Assembly: GCA_964187785.1 (NCBI GenBank)
Contig: OZ076409.1
Location: 11,906,001 to 11,970,000 of the forward strand
Direction: 5' to 3'
Origin: Amphiscolops sp. MND2022
Taxonomy: Eukaryota
Length of the DNA: 64,000 nt
Shown: piece after piece, positions 23,334 through 36,225 of the stretch
Position numbering within the stretch: the first letter of the stretch is position 1
How the letters are laid out: every line of letters begins with the position of its first letter
Program-made: the position numbers and the translations under genes
The notes under the pieces: model-generated
What the model was told of the DNA's origin: nothing
Seen by the model: the letters and a program-made list of their open reading frames with translations, nothing else
Databases searched by the model: none

Positions 23334-25776
23334 CTCGTCAACTTTCCAGAAAAATTAATAGATAATAGATTTTGGAAGCTCCAGCAAAAGGGACCAGCCC
23401 AATTTTCGTGAATTGATTTCCTATTTGGATGGTTATGCTCAACGAAATCTAATAATGGGCATTATGAACTAAGAGCAGCAAACTGCAATTCGAAAAAGGG
23501 ATATTAGGAAAAGAATGTTACTTACTAAGTTATCGACTTGTCTTCAAATAGTCAAGGAACTGTTTTTGGAAAATTCTCAAAACGTCACAGTGCCGCAAAA
23601 AAATGAAAATTCTGATTACTTTGGTCTAAGTTTAATCCAATTGCAGCATTTTACCAAAGATGAATGCGTGAAACAGAGAGATTTGACGTGAAATTGAGAG
23701 AAAACTCGAACCATCAATTTTTGCAGAAAAAATGTTTTGTAGTTTTTTTAACAGCACGGATGGAAAAAGCGTTCCGCGGCTAGCTAAAAATTCTCACCGA
23801 TGAGGGCTAAAATTTAGATTTTTAATCTTGAAGCAATTGTTGTTCTTGTAACTTGATTGCAAAATTCTTCGAACATTTTTTTTGAAATCAGTGTAATTCC
23901 ACTAGAATGAAAGTCACATGGAATGGAAGCGTGAAATTATTCGGTCCTTCAGCGTGAATACTGCGGAGCCACTGAAGGTAATTACCACTGAAGAGTTTAT
24001 TGTAACGAGTCCAATTTAACGCTTGAAAAATTGCTGCTTCACGAAGAATTTAACCTTTCAAGGCTCAGTCAGAGCATCGCCCAATAGGAATTTTGGTCAA
24101 GTTATTTCCACGTTTGTTGGTTACAGAATATTTAACAGTTAATCTAAATTTGCATTGAATTAAAAATTGAAAAAATGAATAAATAAGCAACTGGGTTAAA
24201 TTTTGATGACATTTCACGTAAATAATTAGAAACTATTATCAACGGGAAAGAAATTTACAAAACTTCACCAAAGGCAAATGTATCAACACAAGTGAATTTT
24301 AAAAGATTCGGCTTTTATATATTGTCGGAGACGTCAAAACTTCACTCAAGAGTTTCGACCTGTTTTTGGCTGATATATGGCTTGAAGTTTGGTCCAATGA
24401 CCTCGAAATCTAAAACAGAACTTTAAGGTGCTCAAAACTGACGATGTCAGATTCACAGGAAAACCTCGATGGCGAAATTTTGACGTCCCAAAGACGAATA
24501 TCGGCAACCATCGCAGACGGAATAATATTTTCGTGAACTTCTTTCTACACTATATAAACAGAGGCATAAAGATGGTTATGTGCACCCACATTGTAATTAT
24601 ACCGAAGCGTCTCGTCTTAATTATCCAATTAACGAGTAAAATTTAATGCCTACTGTGTACTGTGAGTCAGTTTTGATTTGATTGTCAGGTTCTGGCCATA
24701 AGTAACGCATCCATAGTTGAAGATTTGATTACGCAACGAGTCCTTTTTTGAACGATTGACAGAAAAAATGTTTTTTTTCAGCACCTTATTCAGAAGGAAG
24801 TGTTACAATTCCGATGAGTGAACTTTTGGGTACCGTTTTCGTGGTTCACATAGCAAGCATCGTTTGATTATCTAGTTGGTAATTCGATTCAAGACGCTTT
24901 CTTCTTGGTGCTAAAATTGATACTGCGTGGCAGTAGTCATTAATCTGAGACGCCGCATTTGATAATTAAAATGGGGATGGAAATAAATTTGGGGTGAAAT
25001 GGTAGTGAACCATGTTGAACTATCGAGTGACCTGACCACTGACAGAGAATGCAACGCATTTGGTTTCCCAGTTTTCGAATGAACTGCAAAAGTAAAATTG
25101 ATTGATTCGCATTAGTTAATCGAGACAAGTGAGACAAAACAAACGCAAACCACGGAACGCGTATCAACGTGTTTGTACTCTATGCTGGGCTAGCCAAACT
25201 ACATTTGTTGAATTTCCAGAGAAGAGAACTTAAAAGCTTAACATGGCCCAAGACTTCGGGAAAATTCGCATCTTTTTTTGTTTCTCCCAGACATTGGATT
25301 CCAATGTCTTCTTCCAACCATAGGTTGCCATATATTTCAGGATGTGAGAACTATCTCCTTGTCTTCACTTTGCCTCTATCCCAACTTGGTAGCGTTTTAC
25401 CAGAACAATTTTCACTCTTACCAATGCAAAAAAATCCCAATCGACTCAAAAACGAATGATTCCAAAATCTAAAAGATCAAGTGTTTCCTTTAACTGATCT
25501 GAGAGGTAATATAATATGGAAGATATAATTTCTTGCCTGGAAAAGGTAAACACTGCCTATAAAAATGTTACTATTTTCATTACTATTCAAGACGAATTTT
25601 CAATTAATGCGCATCAACCAAAATCACTAATCAAATATCTCTGGAAAGCACCGAAAAGATATTTTGGCAACATCTACGAAGCTGAATAAACTTTCACCTT
25701 AAAACAAATTAGGTTCTACAAAAAATAAATCAGAGCCGACTGTAGCATCTTCACAACTCCATGGATTGAAGGTCAG

Positions 25777-26519
25777 CAGAGTTGGAACCAAGCACATGGT
25801 TAAATGCTGCCGGGCGGGCTTTTTCGATCTTGATTGTTTTCGGGCCGGGTATAACAATTTGGAAAATGAATCGAAAATTAAACTGGGCTATATAATTTCC
25901 GCAATTGATTCCTTTTATTTGCTCGCTGTAGATTTGGACGCTCGGTAATTACACATACAAATCTCTAACTATACAATTACAGAGACAATTACATGTAAAA
26001 TATTCTCAGCCAAAAAAATTGTGATTTGATTTCTGTTGTAACACAGAGGCGAAGCGGTGCTTCGCAACACATGACGAAGACGAATCATGGCTAGACGAAT
26101 GCCGAAAAATCGTATATATTCAATCGCATGCGTATATATTCAACAGTTCAACTTTGTTCAATAACGTCCCTATGGGTCACAGTGGTCAACACGTATGCCG
26201 TGCAATCGTGAGGCTGCAGGTTCGAATCTCTCTGGGGTTTTGGCTTTTATCTAAAAGGCGCTCATTATGAAGTTGACTATTGTGGAAAAAAAACTTACTT
26301 AGCTGGACTGCAATGCACATTGACTTCGTGATGTGCAAAAAATAGGATTTTTGAATTCTCATGATGCGTATACCTGATTATCATTTACAATTTACCTTCG
26401 CGTGTCAAATTCGTTTTCGGTCAGTTTCGTCGGGTATTAAAAATGTTCAAAAATATCGGGTCGTGTTAGGATTTTTGAAACGGGCTCGGGTAGAAAATCA
26501 TGACCCGGTTCCAACTCTG
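25777..26519. mobile_element. hAT-type MITE 50 bp downstream of the ceramide synthase stop
   Basis: TIR CAGAGTTGGAACC/GGTTCCAACTCTG; 8-bp TSD AAGGTCAG/GAGGTCAG. Confidence 0.8.
26041..26342 (-). mobile_element. HINE-like family 2 with an internal tRNA-like segment, nested in the hAT MITE
   Basis: Second copy at 51048-51339; subterminal IR CACATGACGAAG/CTTCGT(C/G)ATGTG; stem-loop GCGAAG..CTTCGC; B-box GGTTCGAATC. Confidence 0.7.
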
Positions 26520-26569
26520 GAGGTCAGCACATGACCTTTCAGATGGGTCTCGGTGGTGGTTGTTTATTA

Positions 26570-27406
26570 TTAGTCGTTGTGTTCGTCATCTGATCTCGTA
26601 TCGGCCAATTCCTTGCCATTGGTGAACCTGATAATTGCAGCAACGAGGAAGTAGGCCCACATACAATTGAGAGCCATCAAAATTGCGATGAGGACGTTGC
26701 AAAAGTAGTACAAAGTTAAAAAGTAGCTAGATGGTAGAAGTAAATTAGGAAAAACGTAGATAGGCACTTCGTATAGGATGCTTTTCCATACATAGAATGG
26801 AATGAGGTAAAGACGAGTATAGAAATAAGTAAGAGTAAGAAGAAGAAAGGTGAGATAAGAGAAGGTCTTGAGTTTGAGATATTTTGCCAGTTTGGCCAAC
26901 TCCAAGAAAGGATCCATAATGTCGTGAAAAAGCATGAGCAGAGTGCCGACTCGGAAGAAGTTGTGATGATAGCTGAGAACTATGAGTAATATTGTAACCA
27001 CGTGGTGCAGTAACATTAGAAAGAAGTCTTTTCTCCTGACCGCGACGCAATGGGTCAACATCTCCGTGCAATAATAGGCCAACTCCAACATGTAGTACCA
27101 GTAGACTGCAGGGCTCATCACCTGGTTGTTGAAATCGATCCACATGTACTTAGATTCATACAGGTAGTCTGTCGGAACAAGAGTAACCAGACCATAGGCG
27201 ACAGTCCAGGCATGGATGAAGAACTTCCAACAACCCTCCCGGTACTTATGCTCTTTCTGGGGATCCTTGAGAATTTCGGCTCTGGGCTGGGGGAAAAACG
27301 AGAGCACGCAATTGGCCAGCTCGTTTTCAACTATCCGCCGGATGACAAAGAACGCTGCTATGAGAACTAAACTAGAACCCAACTCGTTGACTGTAAAATT
27401 TGACAT
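26570..27406 (-). CDS. CERS: Ceramide synthase (Lag1/TLC domain, no Hox-like domain), single coding exon
   Basis: KYREGCWKF; Lag1p motif RRKDFFLMLLHHVVT...GTLLMLFHDIMDPFLELAK; C-terminal DTRSDDE; in-frame stop upstream of ATG 27406. Confidence 0.93.
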   Translation of the reverse strand: MSNFTVNELGSSLVLIAAFFVIRRIVENELANCVLSFFPQPRAEILKDPQKEHKYREGCWKFFIHAWTVAYGLVTLVPTDYLYESKYMWIDFNNQVMSPAVYWYYMLELAYYCTEMLTHCVAVRRKDFFLMLLHHVVTILLIVLSYHHNFFRVGTLLMLFHDIMDPFLELAKLAKYLKLKTFSYLTFLLLTLTYFYTRLYLIPFYVWKSILYEVPIYVFPNLLLPSSYFLTLYYFCNVLIAILMALNCMWAYFLVAAIIRFTNGKELADTRSDDEHND

Positions 27407-29090
27407 CTTCACGAGTAAAATGCTAGGGTTTTGATGCTTTGAAGTAACAGATTATAAACCGCAATTGCTTTTCAAAGAACTGCAATAGAAAAAAATAGAA
27501 GAATGAACTTAGAGAAATTGCAAGGCACGAAAAGGCACGAAAGATAGGTAGCACCGAAGCAATAAAAATAATTTAATAACGGGCCGATTTAACTTTAAAA
27601 GTTTCGAAATTGCACATTACTAGGTGGAGCTAGAAATCAAAGAAGAAATCGTTGAAGTAGTCCTGTTTTAGAACGACAGACCAAATCGGCAATTCTGTAA
27701 ACAGAGGTCTATAAAAGTGTAAACATTGGATTGCGAAGGAACTTCAACCTTTATGAGATAATCAAGTGCATACGTTGGCCTCAAAAGCAACGATAAGGAA
27801 TAAATCAGCTCGAGGATTGCAGTTCAGTGTTGTAATTCAGCAATATATCTAGCTTCCAAACGGAGGGAGAACGCTTGTTTAGAGTGTACACAAAAGCACT
27901 ATCCCATCGAAGAACTGCAGACATGAGTTGTTGTGTTGAATCAATCGCAACCATGTGGACCTGTAAAATAATTTACTTTCCAACACCTCAAATCACTTCT
28001 GTCGCATACGAATAAATTGCAAAAAGGGCTGTTAATTTCCGCACCAGTCACCCAGTAGACACTGAGCCTGAAAACGACCGGAACTGGAACCTACATGGCG
28101 ACATGGGGAGGATTTTTGACGAGCGAGCTCAATTTACGATGATTGTTTCATTCCGAAGAACTACCAGGAACATCCACCAGTACTTTGAGGAAGGTAGAGA
28201 AATTCGATTAGCGCAGGAAGTCTTATTTCAATGCTTGTTTGAGCAACTGCATCAACAGGAAACAAATGCTAAGGCATTTATAAACGCAACTTGAACCATG
28301 TTTTTTTTCTCCTCAACAAAAGAATTTTCTCCTCAACAACCTTTGGGGACAGATTGCTTACAAGGTATAATTTGAGCTGGCGTTCTTTAGAAGGGTATTA
28401 AGTTATTCCTAACAAACTGCCTAATCTTTTTTTTCAAGGGTGTGAAGTACCAGTCAATACTGTAAACAGATTATGGAATAATTGTAATAATTGCGCAGAG
28501 TTCAACGACAAAAGTTAGCTCCTTGGCATATTTTTCTGGACAATTCTGAGGTGTGTTCATCAAAAAGTGCCTAGAATAGAAAACTCCAAAAATTTCGATT
28601 AAACTGAACTTTTTGTGCAAGTTCCGAGCGTTTTGGTTGGCTTAAGTTTATTGGCTACGCTGGAGTTTTTGCAACATGTTGTTGCTAAAAATAATCCATG
28701 GCGGAAAATTCCTCGATGCTCTATGGACGTCTTTTGTTATTCATCACGGATCATCTAATTATAATATTGATAATTATGCCTGTGCCTCAGAGGACGCCGA
28801 AAGGCGTCGCCAGTTAGAACAAATCGAAACATCTATTGCGGCAACTGTCAGCAAGGGAAGGGTGTCGATTTACAACAAACCAATACTAGTGCTTACCATA
28901 ATAACTGTTCAGTGGGCGCTTTTTGAAGACTAATTACACCGCTACTACTTTCTTCAGCCTCACACTGATCTGTCCACTTTTCGACAGAACATACTCATCC
29001 GAACACTGTGGTTACTTTGATTAGTAAGATGGTTAGTGCGCGCGGCTGGCAATCAGGAGTTTGTGGGTTCGAATTCCACACTGTTGTTCA

Positions 29091-30723
29091 TTTTTAGCTA
29101 GCGCTTTTTGTTAGAAAAATCCGACTATAGAAATGGCTTTTTTCAAGATCAGCGAACTGAGAGATTTCTATATAAGTTTTTATAGGTTGTAACTAACTTA
29201 CTCCCGTTTCGGCTTGGTGGTTAACGCGGATTTCCAGGCCTGGTGACGGGGCCTGAGAAGTAGAAGTATTTGGGTTCATGTCCCGCACTTAACCAAAATT
29301 GTATGCTTTCGTAGGTTGAGGAAAGACAAAAGGGTCCACTGTGGGGTTTTTCAGCATTAAGCCACTTTCCTCAACTTCAGTTTAACAAAACCCCATTCCT
29401 TTATTTTTAGCAGAAACAAGGTGCTTAGCGAGCAGAGGGCCACCTTGGGTTTTTGCAGCACTATGCGACTTACCGAAGATGTTATAAAGGATTTTTTTGT
29501 ACAAATGATGTTTTCATGTTTTCTTTGAAGTTAAACCGTTTCCCGTGTCTAAAGGGTGCCCAGGTTTTCAATCTTTGAGAATCTGTACAGATCTGCAGGA
29601 TTTTTGCAGCTCTTTGAAGATATGTGCAGATCTGCAGAATTTTTGCAGATATTTGCAGATTCGAAAAAAACTGACATACTCAGAAACATAATAAAAACCC
29701 CACATCGATGTTTAAAACTGGAGAGAAGTCGTATTTTTGTCAGAATGATGAAAAATTTTTCTGCAGCAATCTGTACAGATCTGTAGAGATTACAGATCTT
29801 TACAGAGCCGAACAATGACCAATAAATTACTATAACGTATTTCAAGTTAACAGCAATTACTAAAAATACACCACCAAACTATGTTGTGGAAATATTACAA
29901 CAACAACACTTTATCAACACATCTACCAACCCAGAAGGTTGCCACTTGTCAAATTTTAGACATGCCTCAAAACGAAGTCAATATGGTAAACGAGCCTCTG
30001 AAAGTTGAAAAACCAGTTCTGGAATGTTCGAGTGAAATGGATAAATTACGGTGTATAACAGATACCGCACTTTCTCCAGTCACCAAAATTATCGTGATGG
30101 GGACAAATGGGAGAATTTTGAGTGATGGAGGATTTTAACTAACTGACCCTAGGTCAGCTAAAATACTCGATAAAGTAGTTGAAGAAGTCCAAAAATATAG
30201 TATATTGGTTCCTTAGAAGCTGCAGAAAAATATATTTCTGCAAAAATCTTTGAGAAAATCTGCACACTTCTGTAAAGATCTTGCAGATCTGTATGGATCT
30301 TCAAGATTCAGTGCAACGATCTTTGCAGAACCCTGCAGAAAAAATCCTGCATATCTGCACAGATTCGCAAAGATCGAAACCCTGGGTGATTATTTTGTTC
30401 CCCTAGAACTGATGAGTTTTGTAAATAATTAAGGAAAACACTTCAACTTTTTCGAAAAAAATACTGGGTCAAAGGGTAACCACTTCACTTTTAAAAATGT
30501 TTTCGGCTTTTTCGACACTACTAGACATTTTCCAAAAACTGAGTTTTCTTATGTTTCCAGTTAAAAAAAAAAGCGATTTTCGAGCCTTATGGAAATCCCT
30601 TCGGGTATTTTTTGACACTGTAAATTTGATAAAACTTTCACAAAAGTGTCCTTTTGCATTTTAAAAAACCTTGTTTTTTGAACTTTGAGCAAGGCGCCGA
30701 CTTGAGCCGTCCCCGTCTTGTTT
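29091..30723 (+). mobile_element. HINE-like family 1 composite, interrupted by an EnSpm-like MITE
   Basis: 5' TTTTTAGCTAGCGC...CGACTA; 3' GGCGCCGACTTGAGCCGTCCCCGTCTTGTT. Confidence 0.5.
29559..30386. mobile_element. EnSpm/CACTA-like MITE with AGATCTGCA subterminal repeats
   Basis: TIR CCCAGG.TTTC/GAAACCCTGGG; 2-bp TSD TG. Confidence 0.6.
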
Positions 30724-33127
30724 TCATTTGCAGCAGGTAGAGACCAGGCCAAACGGTACACGTGTGACTTCTCTTGAAATTTTCACTTCGCTAAAATGTC
30801 CCTTTTTGGAATGTTTTTAGAAAATAGCAATTTTGGAGCCTTAAGGAAACCAAGTTGTATTTTCGAGCATTGTGCGATTTTCGAAGTCGCAAAAAACTTT
30901 GCGAGCGGATAAATTCTGCTCAGTGAAAACGTTCAGAACTTTATTTAAAAAACCACATGACACTGAGCGGAAATTTATCACTTTCCAAAATCTTTTCTAT
31001 ATTTTGGGTTTTTCGTTTTACGTTAGGGAAAAGCTTGAACGGCTCTTCGCGGATAAAATCTTTCTTTGAGATCTTTTTTAGAAGTCAATCCCGAGCATTC
31101 AAAAAATCTGAACTCTATTCAGGCCTTTAGCGAGGGACCAACTTTAGACGGCCCTGTGTCGTTTGTGGTTATCTTGATGATCCGTATTTTGGTATACTTT
31201 GAAAAAAAGTCAACCACTTAATGAATTTTTCCCTTTTATTGAGAGTTACTGAAAGTCTTCTTACCAAGATATCTGATGTTATATTGCGAAAAGATAATGA
31301 AAAATACTGAAAGCTCGATAGACAAAGATGATTAAACTCTAATGCAAATGACCAAAGGTCACAACTGAATTCAATTGGGTTAGTTCAACTTCTAGCTTGG
31401 ACGGACGGACCTAACACACCTTGACGTTAGATCAGCTACTAACTTACTCGTTAATTCGATCATGGCTGTAGTATGATGGGGTTCTCAGATGCGAACTTTC
31501 TCGATGAACGAAGGTGATCAGCTCTAAATCGCTTGACTCGATGACATAACCATTGATACTACTAAAAGGCTCTACAGTATAACTTGCAACGTAACGACAC
31601 CAGAGATGAAAATATTACATTCAGATGATATTTTTGAAAAATATACATTCACTTTGTTTATGGCCAACAATGAGTGTATTAAATATTTTGTCCTATATTG
31701 TGTGAGAAAAACTAAATGTTCAAACAAAGAATTTTCATTTGTATATTTATTGACTGAAGTTACATCCATCAGTAATAATATCAACCTTTGAGTAAGACTT
31801 CCTGGACTGATTTCGTAACTAAATCCAAATACTTCAATATTTGGCCAAGAAATGTTTTGAAATCAGTTTTCCCAGAAATGCCAAAATGATGTTTTTCTGA
31901 AAGTTATAATCTTACAATCATCAAAATTTAAAGCTATCATAGAATCGTATTGTTTATAGTATAAGCTATATTAAATTCTATAATTAATGATCATAGGGTC
32001 AGCTCTGAACAACGATGCAAACAAAAATAACAAAAAACTCTTACAACTTCGATTCTCTCGACGAGCTGTACCAAAACAGTAGAAGGGAGCCATAAATCAC
32101 AATCAGTTACAGTCCAGGGATTGTTATGAAACACCAAGCTAGATCTGTGCAAGCGTTGTAATGACCCAGAACAAAGCCCAAATGAGCACAAAGTGGCGCG
32201 AATATTGTGACTGAAAGTATACCAACTCTAATTGCTAGCGATCCCCGTGAATAGGCCCGAACGAATGGTTAGCTATGTTATCAATTTGTGTTTGATAAAC
32301 ATCAATCAACCAACAATTCGGTGTGCTAGGTAAACTTGACTCGATAGATTAGAACATCCCTAGTATGTACTGGGGTAGAATGTTATCGCTGTTAATCACC
32401 CGAACGCGACAGCCGGTGGAAGAATGTTGAATCAAGAAAGTTGGTCGTTCGAAAAGTAGATAAAGAAGTTTGGCAATAAGGTCCCTTAATCCGTATAGAT
32501 CAGTGGTTAATCGTCAAAATATTGAGTCAATAAAATAACGTCAAAAAGGACTATGATACACGCCAAATGGGAAGATTTATAGGTCAACGCAGTTCTGGAC
32601 AAATGATTAAACTTTCAGGAGACAGAAAACGAGGTCTGACAACAATGCAACTGGGGCTAAGAGATTAGTAGACATTTGAATAGTACAAGAAAAATCACTT
32701 ACTTGTACGATGCCATTTTTGAAATCGAGATGGTCAATGAATCACCGCCTTTCATTTTTGATTCAGAATCGGCCATTTAACAAACATCGTGTTCTCGTCA
32801 TCATTGCCAAACAGACAGCGTTCTAATTGGCACCACTAGGAGAGCCCATTTTATAGTCGGCGGTTTCGATAGAAAAAGTCGGCTATAGCAGTGGCTTTTA
32901 AAGACCAGCAAACTGACAGACTTCTATGTTTCTATAGTCTCACTGTCACTTGGCCAAAGGGCTAACTCGGATTTGCGAGCATAGAGGGCCCCTTAAAGAT
33001 TTTCGGCACTGCGCGAATTACCGAAAAATGGAAAAAATTCGAAAAAAATTCCACATTTTTCGAGGTTTTCCATAAGGGAAAACCTTTTTTTGGGTTTGAA
33101 GAGTTGGTTTGCTGTCTCTTCGAAATA

Positions 33128-33582
33128 AACAAGCCGGAACCGGCCCAAGTCGGCGCCATATCTTGACTCAAAAATGGCAAAGGACTTAAAGTGTCAAAGT
33201 ATTCTCTTCTACAGCACCCGAAAAATCCAAAAGTTGGACCGAATTGACGCGCCAGGGGACGCTTTGAGATTTTTCATCCATTCTGTCGCAAATCATCAAA
33301 AAATGAAGGGGGACCTATTGGTGGAAAAAAATTTTAAGTCTCAATGCCGAAAAAGAAACTGAAAGGGGGACTCTTTAGTCTCGCCCGGCATTGTATGTTA
33401 CGCGGAAAAAAGGAAAAACCGTTTTGATTCAGTTCGCTAGGCCAAATGGTTCAATTTGACACCATAAGATTTTGTAGAACTTTTGGTAGAACTATTTTGG
33501 TCACTTCAGGTGTATCGAAAAAAACATTGACGAAAAGCCATGACTATAGTCGACTCATTTCTCAAGATGCCGACTAAAAAAA
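33128..33582 (-). mobile_element. HINE-like family 1 element
   Basis: AACAAGCCGGAACCGGCCCAAGTCGGCGCC at the left end, GCCGACTAAAAA at the right end. Confidence 0.65.
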
Positions 33583-33889
33583 GGCACGTTAATGTTAGGA
33601 AAGGAGTAAAATTTTTGTGAAACCGTCCATCAACTGAAAAAATTTTATAATCACAGGGCATGTTTCATGTTTCTAAACCAGCGGTATTGAGGGTAAGTTA
33701 ATTAAATCAACAAATTGGGACTGTGCATTCATCGTTGATTTCCGGACTGTCCTCGGGGATAAAATGTTCCCCGTCTAGTCATCTTTATTTCGACCTATGA
33801 AGCCTCAAGCGGGAATCCGGCGGTTGTAACGACTTGTAATTAGTGAAACTCTTATTTTAACAATTCTATTGCTTATAACCTTTGAAATC

Positions 33890-34290
33890 AGAGCCGCATA
33901 TGCGGTAAAGGAGTCAGATTAGGACTTTTCCTTCTGACTCACTAGAATCCCAGCCATACGATTTCGATGATGTTTCGATGAAGACCTTATATGGTGTAGA
34001 AAGACTCCATAAAAGTTCGTTAAATTCGTTAGTTTTTGAGAAAATCGGAACAAGTCCAAAATTGCGGTTTTTAAGTTATTTTTGGGCTACTTTTGGCTGT
34101 TTTTCAAACCCCGTCATTCGATTTTAATTCCATTGCGCGCGCAGGAGCATTTTTGTGCAGAATAACTATGCTAAATTGTACATAAAAAATCGTTTAGACA
34201 GTTTTTGAGAAATTTGATTTCTCACTGAAAGGTCGGGAGAAAAAGGTACGATTGCATAAGTAGTTGAAATTTTTCCCACTCCTGAAAAAC
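33890..34290 (-). mobile_element. HINE-like family 3 element (second copy 40300-40575)
   Basis: Shared GAGCCGC....GCGGTAAAGGAGTC stem-loop plus subterminal IR ACTCCT; homologous bodies. Confidence 0.55.
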
Positions 34291-36225
34291 GCGTTCGATG
34301 TGTCGTGAGAAACTCGAGAGTTAAAGGCGGATGTAAAAATCTCATTTCTAAAAGAGATTTTTTACGTGTCGATCTAAAATTAGGTTGTCACAATTCAGCG
34401 CTATAACCTCGACAGTGCTTTTGTCCCCAAATGAGGATTTTTTTCACAATCAATAAAATATTACGAAACGCAAAAAGCATATAGGAAAACGAAATTTAGT
34501 TTTTCTAATCAACAATCTATTGGACTACCTGGGGCGAGTTGTTATTTGTGTCAATATAGTTTGTTTTCCGAACCACCGGCAAAAAGGTAACAAGAAAAAA
34601 GTGAAAATTTGCAAAAAAATACTTTTCAGAAAATTAACTTTCTCTCAATAACACAGCAACTGTTTGCTAAGTTACTGTCACACTCTAGTAACACAGTTTG
34701 CCACCAATGAAACCGCTTATAGAAGTTTTTTTAATGAAGCTTCAGCGAAAAGTTCGAGTGGCATTTGAAAGTGGCGCCAACTCCCAGTCTAACTAGTGTG
34801 CATTTGAAAGCTTAGGTAAAGGGCTTTCAGGAACAGAAAACTGATTTGAGTTGCGGCTATTATTCGTGGAGAAATTAGGCTTTGAAAAAATTTTTCCAAT
34901 TTTTGTCACTTTTTCAACTTCTCGGTGTACTGTCGAGGATAATGGGCGAAAAACAGTTCCTAAATCTGAAAACTGATATGAATACGAATAACTAGTTTTA
35001 ATTTTAATCAAAGAAGGTTCAGACTGGACCCAGATATGTTCCCATGTCATCGCGAATTTGTCAAGTGACACTAACACATAACATTAATGACGTTTCAATG
35101 CAACATGTTCGTTCGGAAGTTCAACGTCAACCTACTCAGAATCGAAAATCGCAACAAAATAAATTCATCGGTTAACTCAGGAGTAAAATGACTGTTTTCG
35201 TATGAACCCGAATGTAAAGCTGGCTGTATAACTGGGCCTTTTTCTTTTCCGGGGCGCTTGGCGCCTCTTCAAGTTGGCTTTCGCTAAAACCTACCACTGG
35301 TCAAGTATTGGCGTATTGTTTCGCTCCTACATTTCTAGTTTTTAGAGTTTACAGATTCTGTTGAACTGATGAAACAAATTCATCTTTTCTTCAGTCTCAG
35401 GTAAATCAAGTTAGTATTCCATTCTAGATGGTTTCGTGTCTGGGGTTTAGTTACGATGTTGGTCTTTCCTTAAGGTTATTACTTCTATAACTTTAACACT
35501 AACTTTCACCAGCACATTTATTTTCGCAAACTCATCATTAATGAATCTAAAGCTCATTTTATCAGCTTTCGATGAAAAACTTTCGATGAAAAACTCCAAC
35601 CATTGAATGACTTCAAAAATAAGAATGACGTACTGAGGTATTTGAAGCCCAAGAAGAAAAATGAAAGTGAAAGTTGTATCAAGTTCATTTGCATCTAAAT
35701 ATAAGTTGAATAATTTTCGAATAATAGATAAATTATATGAACGGGAGTCCATTTCGTTCCATGAAGCGAAGCAATTGCAATACACGTGTCAGCTAATCTG
35801 ATTCCCAGACCGGTGCTTTGAAAAACAAAGGACACTTAATTAGGCAATACTTTTACTTCATGACACGCGATTTCTTGCAACACGGGTTCAAGAACTTGAA
35901 CGCTCCCGGATAAACCGGAGACCCACGTGAAGGAAATTCAGGTGAAAAACGTGATTAAAATACAGGCAAGGGTAACAGAGTTAAGGAAAATAATCAATCT
36001 CCAATAAAACTCATTTACCAGCTCAACTCATGAACAGGTGCCGGACAAAGGAAGTGATCAAAATATCTAAAAATAGAACTAAAACCGGGAAAGCAACAAA
36101 GATCACAAACCAAATTAAAAGCCAATAATTTTTCCAAAGCAGCTAACATTGTCTTTCATTTCAAGTTCAGACGGCGTTGAGAGAGGCAGCATAGTAACAA
36201 ATAATGCCAGATTTTAACACTTGAA

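Noticed and set aside
25169..25550. Exon-like plus-strand segment with splice-like signals
   Set aside because: No coherent multi-exon frame or recognisable protein.
26165..26240. tRNA genes (also 51168-51240, 29020-29080, 56236-56260, 37977-38000)
   Set aside because: Only A/B-box-like pieces without a convincing cloverleaf; mostly embedded in repeats.
35447..35785. 112-aa minus ORF and short plus frames upstream of the P450
   Set aside because: No recognisable motif or splice structure; a 14-bp tandem duplication breaks the plus frame.
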